This document shows positions 57,718 to 64,000 of a DNA stretch of 64,000 nucleotides, in pieces (position 1 is the first letter of the stretch; each line of letters starts with the position of its first letter). The position numbers and the translations under genes were made by a program. The stretch spans positions 19,239-83,238 of the forward strand of contig JAGRAN010000007.1 in NCBI GenBank assembly GCA_020434585.1, written 5' to 3'. The DNA is from Bdellovibrionales bacterium (lineage in GTDB: Bacteria; Bdellovibrionota_C; UBA2361; SZUA-149; JAGRAN01). The notes under the pieces are model-generated. The model was not told the DNA's origin, ran no database searches, and saw nothing but the letters and a program-made list of their open reading frames with translations.

Positions 57718-58779
57718 CTAATAATTCACTCCACCCCACTGCGCTTCTTGAATTTTAGCGCACTGTTCTCTTAAATCTGAAACGGCTTCCTGCCAGTAGC
57801 GAGGGGAGCCAAAGTCTGGAAAAGCATTTGAAAAGGCTGGATCGTCCCAGCGCTTGGCTATCCATGCAGTAAAGTGGATGTAGCGCAGGGTGCGCAGCGG
57901 CTCAATTAATCGAATTGTGCTCCAATCAAAAGGTCGCATCTGTTCGTAACCGGTGATAAATTTCTCACGCTGCTTAAGTCCGACCTCGTCATCCGCCCCG
58001 ACCAGCAGCCAAAAGTCCTGCACACATGGCCCGCTAACACAGTCGTCAAAATCAACAAGAAAAGGACCGTTCGAACCCCATAAAATGTTACCGCAGTGAC
58101 AATCTCCATGAATTCTCTGATAAGGAACTCCTTCAAACAGCGGTTCCATATTTTCAAGAGCCTGCACAGCAGTTTGTTCGTAAGAGTCAAAAAGCGCTTC
58201 CGGAACTATCTCAGAATCGAGTATATAGTCGAGGTTCTGCCAGCCGTATGTCTCAACATCCAGCAACAGCCGGTGCTCCAATTTCTTGGTCTCACCGATA
58301 TTATGAACTCTAGCGAGCAGACGTCCGAGCTGTTCAACTTCTTGGTCGTTAAGTTCGTCCTTCAGTCTGCCGCCTTGCTTGGGGAACATTGAGAATAAAA
58401 TGCCGCTTTCAGGGGTTTCCTGAAGAGTGCTGCCGTCCTTGAAAAATCCAGGAACAATCACAGGCAGTTCTGCTGAATTCAGATCAATAAGAAACTGATG
58501 TTCTTCGTTAATCTGCTGCCTGCTCCAGCGACCAGGGCGGTAAAATTTGACGATGCGAAATCGCTCAGGCGCTCTTGACGGAAGCTTGTCGTCGTCGATA
58601 TCGAGTTCAACTTCGTAAACTCTGTTCTCTAAACTATTAAGCTGAAGGCACCGGCCGGTACATTTAACTCCAGCGGATTCCACAGCTGCTAGTATTCTGT
58701 CCGGGGTTAGCTCAAAGAAGAACTGGGTTTCCTCATCGCCCCATGCCGAACTAGAATCACCGCCCGCGTCTTGTTCCAA
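57718..58779 (-). CDS. srkA: SrkA/RdoA/YihE-family Ser/Thr protein kinase (aminoglycoside-phosphotransferase fold)
   Basis: The catalytic loop HGDCHCGNILW and the motif DFDDC resemble YihE/HSK2-like kinases. Confidence 0.7.
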   Translation of the reverse strand: MEQDAGGDSSSAWGDEETQFFFELTPDRILAAVESAGVKCTGRCLQLNSLENRVYEVELDIDDDKLPSRAPERFRIVKFYRPGRWSRQQINEEHQFLIDLNSAELPVIVPGFFKDGSTLQETPESGILFSMFPKQGGRLKDELNDQEVEQLGRLLARVHNIGETKKLEHRLLLDVETYGWQNLDYILDSEIVPEALFDSYEQTAVQALENMEPLFEGVPYQRIHGDCHCGNILWGSNGPFLVDFDDCVSGPCVQDFWLLVGADDEVGLKQREKFITGYEQMRPFDWSTIRLIEPLRTLRYIHFTAWIAKRWDDPAFSNAFPDFGSPRYWQEAVSDLREQCAKIQEAQWGGVNY

Positions 58780-58784
58780 TGCTG

Positions 58785-59390
58785 TTACCTCACTGTTTGC
58801 GGCAATTCCAACGATGCATCCGCACTGGAATAATAATCGTAAAGTTCTCTGAGAGCAGTGCGAACATTGCCCCCATGCTCTTCAAAAAGCGCGCTAATTT
58901 CCTTGGGGGCTTCAGCCCCTCGCGGGAGGAGTTCCTTGACGATGCTGCTTAAAAGAGAAGAGCTCGTTGTTGTAAAATAGAGAGTTGGCAAGCGCCCGGG
59001 AGAGTGAGCTGCTCCAGCAATAATTTTACACTTCCTCAGTCGCCATCGCACATAAGACCAAATGATTCTGTTCAATCGTTCACTGCTGTCGATGAATACG
59101 CACTCGACGCTTGAAGCCTGTCTTAGCTGAGAGAGCAAATGCCTTAGGCTTCCGATAGAGTTTAGCCGCTGTGCCCTTAGCGAAAAAACCGTTTTGCCGC
59201 TTGCCGCGAAATTTCTGCACAATTCGTCCAGCAAAGTAGACTTGCCTGAGCCCTCTGGTCCAACAATCATGCCCCTGCCGCCAGAAGCTTCTAGCCTCAG
59301 GCGCAGTCGCCTGAGTGAATCTCCATCAGAAAACTTATAACGAACTGAGTGCATCCTCGTCGCGGTGAATGGATTCTCTCGCGCAATCAC
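58785..59390 (-). CDS. P-loop NTPase, uncharacterised
   Basis: Walker A GPEGSGKST and a candidate Walker B VECVFIDSSE. 201 aa. Confidence 0.5.
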   Translation of the reverse strand: MIARENPFTATRMHSVRYKFSDGDSLRRLRLRLEASGGRGMIVGPEGSGKSTLLDELCRNFAASGKTVFSLRAQRLNSIGSLRHLLSQLRQASSVECVFIDSSERLNRIIWSYVRWRLRKCKIIAGAAHSPGRLPTLYFTTTSSSLLSSIVKELLPRGAEAPKEISALFEEHGGNVRTALRELYDYYSSADASLELPQTVR

Positions 59391-59761
59391 TATTGCACCT
59401 TGGTCAACTGAATCTCCTTCCCGGCCGGAGAAACGACGATAGTTTCACGCGCAACTGCGTCAGCACCTGCGCAAACAAGTTCAATCGCCCAAACCAACGA
59501 AATTAACTTGCCGGAGAAGCTAAATGGGCCTTCGGGGACGACGAATTCAAATTCACCTTGATATTGCATCGAAGGTATTAAGGTGCGCTTTTCGACAATC
59601 GACACATCTTGATCGCCCTTACCGGTCGTATACCAGAACAATCTAACCTCCGCCGACTCGGGGAGCTTGTTCAAGTTCCACTCGACGCTGCCGGTGAGCT
59701 TCTCCGCAGGAGCAAACGTATTTCTTCCGTGAGAAAGTTTAATTGCGCAAAAGCTCACCAC
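59390..59761 (-). CDS. Hypothetical small protein
   Basis: 123-aa ORF whose stop and start abut the neighbouring genes in the same minus-strand operon. Confidence 0.35.
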   Translation of the reverse strand: MVSFCAIKLSHGRNTFAPAEKLTGSVEWNLNKLPESAEVRLFWYTTGKGDQDVSIVEKRTLIPSMQYQGEFEFVVPEGPFSFSGKLISLVWAIELVCAGADAVARETIVVSPAGKEIQLTKVQ

Positions 59762-61548
59762 AAGCCTCCCGTCCCGCCGCTCTGCTTGCCGGGCAGGACT
59801 CTCAGAGTGAATGATTCGCTAATATCAGGCCAGCGGGCAATTTCCCCCTTAAGGTTTAGCGTCCATACAATCTTATTATTTGAAGCGACAAACGAATGCA
59901 TTGTGTCGGCCGGTATCGTAAATGAAGCCTCCCCGCCTGACGCGTGCATAGCTGATAGATTTTCGGCTATGGGTATTCGCGCAAACTTACTTCGATCTGT
60001 ATAGGTGGTGGTTCCTCTGCGATACTGCGCCTCTTCAACACCTTCGAGATAAACGTCAAACTTCTGAATAGCAGAAGTTTTGCCCGTAAGCCTCCAGCGG
60101 ATAGACACTGATTCACCAAGTTTGGGCGATACAGTTTGAATCGACACTTCTGGTCGGGGATTCCAAAGCGCAAGGAAAAAATAAAGTATGCCGAACCAGC
60201 TAGCGAGCACCATTAGCAAAAACGGAGAAATAAATAGCGTTAAGAACCAATCAGGATTTCCCGAACTCCATCCGGTCCAAACTTCGTTGGCAAATACTGA
60301 AACTATTCCTGTAATGAATGCGGCTACCAAAATCATACCAATTAAGCGCCCAACCGGTGATGAGCTTGGTTTGAGAATTGGCATTCCGGCTGCAGCTGAA
60401 AAGGTAGTCGCCGGTTCGAGAGGAAGCCACTCGGCAGACGTAGCTTGGCTAAACTGCATATCTGGCGCCACCCCAGAGACCTGACGACCGGATTTTCTTC
60501 CGCCCGTCAGGCAGTAGTACATTCCGATCGCTCCGATACTTCCGAAAATCAGCGGAATTAGTCCTAGTAAGAATCCAAAGCCGATCTCTCGATCGAGAAC
60601 TGCTTCAGCCGGATCGTTCGGATTAACATAGCAGGGAACTTTTTTACCTTTGGGATGTTCGTTTACGATTTTACGCTTGCTTTCATATCCGCTAGAAGAG
60701 CCTCCGATAAAATCATAAGTGTTTGACTTATACTGCCGTCCCTGCACTTCGTATCGGTATAAAATATCCACGCTGTAAGTAGTGCCATCATCACTCGAAT
60801 GTGAACGCACATTGCTCGACTCGACTTTGCAGTCCAAGACTAGCCATTTTTTTGAGTCTTGGTATTTTTCAAATGGTCGAACCAATAGAGGGTAGCCGGT
60901 TCCCAACCCAACTAAAAAGAACACCCCAAAGAAAATCACGCCAATCGTACGGCCGCTCCAGCTACTTGAAGCTGAGTCGGAAATCGAAGTTACAGATTCA
61001 CTGCGCGTAGCACCTCCCTTCAAACAGAAATAAACGCCGCCGCCGCCAATTAAAATAAACACCAGCGGTATTAAGAGGAACAAGCCGAACCAAAGAGAAC
61101 TGTGCTCGATAATTGCTTCTTCGGGCTTGTTCGGATTAACGAAGCACTTCGCAGTGCGGCCTACTGGATATATGTCAACTAGGTGCTGTGCAGTTCGATA
61201 CTCGCTGGAACCTGAATTCGAGATTTCGAAATCGGTTCCGACAAAACTTCGTCCTTTGTAACTATAGGTATAGCGCACATCGAAATGATATGGATTTTCG
61301 CCACCGCGATCCGCTACTTCACTCTTCGAAATTTGGCACTGAACTTCGTCCCAAGAATAGCTGTCGATTATGTGGAGCAGCTCACTGCCGAGCAGCCAGG
61401 TAAAACCTAAGCCGAAAAGCAAAAAGATACTACAAAAGACTGCCCCTCCGACGGATCGTCCGCTACTGCCTCCAGCCACAGTGTTTCTTTTGGAACCGAA
61501 GTTAATTCTCATTAGAGCGTCACAGAGCAGCCCATTTGCCGTTTTCAA
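59755..61548 (-). CDS. Membrane protein with two tandem DUF3592-like repeats
   Basis: An internal repeat is clear (…YHFDVRYTYSYKGRSF…CFVNPNKPEEAII… and …YSVDILYRYEVQGRQY…CYVNPNDPAEAVL…), each preceded by a TM helix. More TM helices and a beta-rich C-terminal domain follow. Confidence 0.55.
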   Translation of the reverse strand: MKTANGLLCDALMRINFGSKRNTVAGGSSGRSVGGAVFCSIFLLFGLGFTWLLGSELLHIIDSYSWDEVQCQISKSEVADRGGENPYHFDVRYTYSYKGRSFVGTDFEISNSGSSEYRTAQHLVDIYPVGRTAKCFVNPNKPEEAIIEHSSLWFGLFLLIPLVFILIGGGGVYFCLKGGATRSESVTSISDSASSSWSGRTIGVIFFGVFFLVGLGTGYPLLVRPFEKYQDSKKWLVLDCKVESSNVRSHSSDDGTTYSVDILYRYEVQGRQYKSNTYDFIGGSSSGYESKRKIVNEHPKGKKVPCYVNPNDPAEAVLDREIGFGFLLGLIPLIFGSIGAIGMYYCLTGGRKSGRQVSGVAPDMQFSQATSAEWLPLEPATTFSAAAGMPILKPSSSPVGRLIGMILVAAFITGIVSVFANEVWTGWSSGNPDWFLTLFISPFLLMVLASWFGILYFFLALWNPRPEVSIQTVSPKLGESVSIRWRLTGKTSAIQKFDVYLEGVEEAQYRRGTTTYTDRSKFARIPIAENLSAMHASGGEASFTIPADTMHSFVASNNKIVWTLNLKGEIARWPDISESFTLRVLPGKQSGGTGGLW

Positions 61549-62758
61549 TTAAAGCAATTTGTTCACCGTTGTATGTCTGAGCTGAAACGTTTACTTCCTC
61601 AGAAGATATCATCATATCCGTATGAACGGTGCTGTCGTTGCATCCGACCGCTTCAAGTTCCTCCTTGCTCATCGAATCTCCGCCTTCCAAACAGAATTTG
61701 TATGCGGAACCAACAGCGATATGGCAGGCTGCATTCTCATCAAACAGGATTTCCTGAAACACCAGTCCACTCTGGAAAACCGGCGAGTCTATCCCCACTA
61801 GAGCAACTTCGCCTAAGCGGTCCGCATTCTCGTCGCTCCGAATGTACTCTCGAAACGTTTCTTCGCCTTCACTTGCTGAAAAGGATGAGATTTTACCCGC
61901 GTTAAATTCTAGCTCGAGATCTGTAATTAGCTTTCCATTGATTAAAAATGGTCTTGTTGCCCGAACCTTTCCGTGGGTTTCTCTACAATCGGGGGTAGTA
62001 AATACCTCTTCTGTCGGAACGTTTGGCTCAAATTCCACCTTGCGTGGGCTCATGTCCCCGCCGCCTTTAAATTTAGCCTTTTGTGAAAGGCCAACATATA
62101 GATCTGTTCCGGGTCCGGTGAAATGAAGTTGTTTGATTTTCAAATCAGTCAGCTTCTTGGCTCGAGCTTGAAGCGTATCGTTGTGTTCCCTCCAAAGTTC
62201 CAAACAATTTGGCTTGTCGGCACGACAAATCCTAAAAATCTCGTCCCAAAGTTTCGCGCAAGCCTCTTCTGCTCCGAGTTTGGGAAAAACCTTCTGCCCC
62301 CATCTGGGTGTCGCTGCAGCAGCTACAGTCCAGTGCACCTTACTCTTGCCTATGCCTTCATCGTAAAAATACTTAACCGCGAGATGCTGATTGAGCCGAA
62401 CTGTATTAACTCGCTTTGGATCCAGATCGGCTAAGATGTCAGGATTTTCACTTCCGATAATTTTTATGTTTGCTGCGGTTTGATCGACCAGGTCTCTGTA
62501 CTTGACGCTCAAATATTTTGGAACGTACGCAAGATCTTCCTCAGAAGACTTTTCTATTCTCAAACGGGCCAGTCGCGGCTCCATTAAGTCGATGTTGACG
62601 TGTTTCGCACCGCGTGCATAAGCCGCCTCGGCAACAGCGTAACTAAAATCCCTATGAATAGCTTCCGAGCTGATATTAACCACTTGGCCGCTTTGCACAT
62701 TCAGGCCGTGAGCTACCAGCAGTTCAGCATAGTTACGAAGCTTTTCATCAAACGTCAT
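61520..62758 (-). CDS. Aminopeptidase, M29 family (AmpS/PepS/aminopeptidase T-like)
   Basis: Full-length similarity to thermophilic-metalloprotease M29 aminopeptidases (…HTDMMIS… near the C-terminus). 412 aa. Confidence 0.8.
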   Translation of the reverse strand: MTFDEKLRNYAELLVAHGLNVQSGQVVNISSEAIHRDFSYAVAEAAYARGAKHVNIDLMEPRLARLRIEKSSEEDLAYVPKYLSVKYRDLVDQTAANIKIIGSENPDILADLDPKRVNTVRLNQHLAVKYFYDEGIGKSKVHWTVAAAATPRWGQKVFPKLGAEEACAKLWDEIFRICRADKPNCLELWREHNDTLQARAKKLTDLKIKQLHFTGPGTDLYVGLSQKAKFKGGGDMSPRKVEFEPNVPTEEVFTTPDCRETHGKVRATRPFLINGKLITDLELEFNAGKISSFSASEGEETFREYIRSDENADRLGEVALVGIDSPVFQSGLVFQEILFDENAACHIAVGSAYKFCLEGGDSMSKEELEAVGCNDSTVHTDMMISSEEVNVSAQTYNGEQIALIENGKWAAL

Positions 62759-62781
62759 AGTTCCTCCTTACTTAAAACTAG

Positions 62782-63495
62782 TTGAGCTTTAGGCTGACAC
62801 CGGCTCGGCTTCACGATAGCATTAGCCCTGATATAATCCCAAGTACGATGTCTAGAATAATGTCATGCCCTTTGTGCTTCTCGACGGCTGTCGCACCCTA
62901 TATGGAGGCGCACGGCAGAGAGTTTATTGGATGCAAAAACTGTGATCTCGTTTTTCAGAATCCTGCCCAGCTGCCGACGCTAGAATTCGAACGTCAGCGC
63001 TATCTAGAGCATGAAAATCATATAGGAAACATCGGTTATACTGATTTCCTTGGAAGGCTCATTAACGCACTCAGGCCCTTCCTCAAACATCGTCAACTTG
63101 GACTGGATTTCGGATGTGGCCCCTCTCCTGTATTGGCTACCTTGCTGGCGCGAGAAGGCTACGTTGTAGATTGCTACGATCCGTTCTTCTTCCCTTACCC
63201 GACAAGGCCCAAGTATGATTTCGTTACTGCCAGTGAAGTCTGTGAACATTTTCACAACCCTGGGCGGGAATTTGGATTAATTTGTTCGCTTCTGGGAGAA
63301 GATGCCCATCTGGGTATTATGACAGCTATGCTTTCAAACGAAGTTGACTTCGAGCAATGGTACTATGCTCGGGATGAAACACACGTCTGCTTCTACTCCC
63401 CTTCAACTTTTGAAGTCATAGCGGAACTTTTTCAGCTGCAAATTTTAAGCTTAACGCACAACGTTGTCGTACTCAAAACAAGGAGGTCGCACTAG
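62782..63495 (+). CDS. Class I SAM-dependent methyltransferase with an N-terminal zinc ribbon
   Basis: CPLC...CKNC zinc ribbon, then LDFGCGPSPV (motif I). The start is probably an internal Met at about 62848. Confidence 0.7.
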   Translation: MSFRLTPARLHDSISPDIIPSTMSRIMSCPLCFSTAVAPYMEAHGREFIGCKNCDLVFQNPAQLPTLEFERQRYLEHENHIGNIGYTDFLGRLINALRPFLKHRQLGLDFGCGPSPVLATLLAREGYVVDCYDPFFFPYPTRPKYDFVTASEVCEHFHNPGREFGLICSLLGEDAHLGIMTAMLSNEVDFEQWYYARDETHVCFYSPSTFEVIAELFQLQILSLTHNVVVLKTRRSH

Positions 63496-64000
63496 TGGGC
63501 CAAACCTGCACAGAGCTTGTGTTAGAGACAAACGTTACAGGTCGAGCGCTCCTTCAGCCTGCCGCCGATTCGTGCAAAGCAACGGTCTTGGGCTTTCATG
63601 GGTATGCAGAAAACGCTGAAATACAGCTATCGCGCCTCGAGATGCTGCTGCCCGATCGCAGTTGGAACTTGATTTCAGTACAGGGTCTATACGCGTTTTA
63701 CAATCGAACCGGTGATGTCGTAGCCAGCTGGATGACAAAGCAAAATCGCGAAGCCGCCATTCGCAACAATCTTGCTTTTATTAACGCAGTTATCGAGAAC
63801 GCAAAGGTCGACAACAATCTCGGTAAGGGAGTCATCTTTGCTGGTTTTTCTCAGGGAACGTCTATGGCGTACCGCGCTGCAGCCGCGTCAAGATTACAGT
63901 GCTTGGGAGTTATCGCTGTGGGGGGCGACATCCCCCCAGAGCTCGACTCAAGCTCAGCAGGCAAAATCGGCTTCGCGGTCCAGGCAAGGGGCAATCTGGA
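63495..64000 (+). CDS. Phospholipase/carboxylesterase-family alpha/beta hydrolase; 3' end lies outside the window
   Basis: AGGAGG 8 nt before GTG 63495. GFSQGTSMA is a GxSxG nucleophile elbow. The frame is open to the end of the window. Confidence 0.55.
   Translation, partial: MGQTCTELVLETNVTGRALLQPAADSCKATVLGFHGYAENAEIQLSRLEMLLPDRSWNLISVQGLYAFYNRTGDVVASWMTKQNREAAIRNNLAFINAVIENAKVDNNLGKGVIFAGFSQGTSMAYRAAAASRLQCLGVIAVGGDIPPELDSSSAGKIGFAVQARGNL

Noticed and set aside
1-64000. CRISPR arrays, rRNA/tRNA genes, IS elements and prophage genes
   Set aside because: I looked for regularly spaced direct repeats, tRNA cloverleaf cores and integrase, transposase or capsid-like ORFs, and found none.

Overview
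The window is about 64 kb of a Gram-negative bacterial chromosome with roughly 50% GC. I cannot place the taxon from sequence alone. The composition and gene content (Tad/Flp pilus machinery, many secreted proteins, two hybrid sensor kinases) would fit a Bdellovibrio-like or deltaproteobacterial organism, but that is unverified. I found no rRNA, tRNA, CRISPR array, transposase or integrase.

Main content, in order along the window:
- A 5'-truncated GC-rich outer-membrane protein gene, a sodium:solute symporter, and a second pseudopilin locus (TadG-like and TadE-like genes plus a third TadE-like gene interrupted by an in-frame TAG).
- A beta-barrel outer-membrane protein, a Gly-zipper lipoprotein, two secreted hypothetical proteins, a stand-alone receiver domain, and a GC-rich SAM-methyltransferase.
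- A HIT hydrolase, an HU-like protein, a D-2-hydroxyacid dehydrogenase, and a membrane J-domain protein with a large extracytoplasmic domain.
- A hybrid histidine kinase and response regulator next to a compact Tad locus (tadZ/cpaE, an unlisted 59-aa flp pilin, cpaB, tadA/cpaF, tadB, tadC). No secretin or prepilin peptidase is present in the window.
- An M48 peptidase, a second hybrid kinase, an acyl-CoA dehydrogenase, an alpha/beta hydrolase and a family-4 glycosyltransferase.
- Class Ia ribonucleotide reductase nrdAB, with putative NrdR boxes upstream and a clear intrinsic terminator downstream, followed by a YerC/TrpR-like gene.
- A GC-rich GNAT acetyltransferase, a CNNM/CorC transporter, yceI and nagZ.
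- A DUF2760-like gene paired with a 919-aa Hsp70-like gene, then ybjQ and a GC-rich hypothetical gene.
- A 565-bp intergenic region carrying a sigma70-like promoter, a structured RNA element and an intrinsic terminator upstream of a sulfatase-like membrane protein.
- A GltB-domain-2 protein, then a tightly packed four-gene minus-strand module (SrkA/YihE-like kinase, P-loop NTPase, small protein, tandem-DUF3592 membrane protein), an M29 aminopeptidase, a zinc-ribbon methyltransferase and a partial esterase.

The most notable signals are these:
- At least five single-gene islands of clearly higher GC with strong GC3 codon bias, each flanked by GC-rich hairpins, suggesting repeated independent gene acquisition from high-GC donors.
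- The promoter-to-terminator structured leader or sRNA candidate at 54.2-54.5 kb.
- The unannotated flp pilin and the split, partly degraded Tad system.
- The uncharacterised kinase/NTPase/DUF3592 module.
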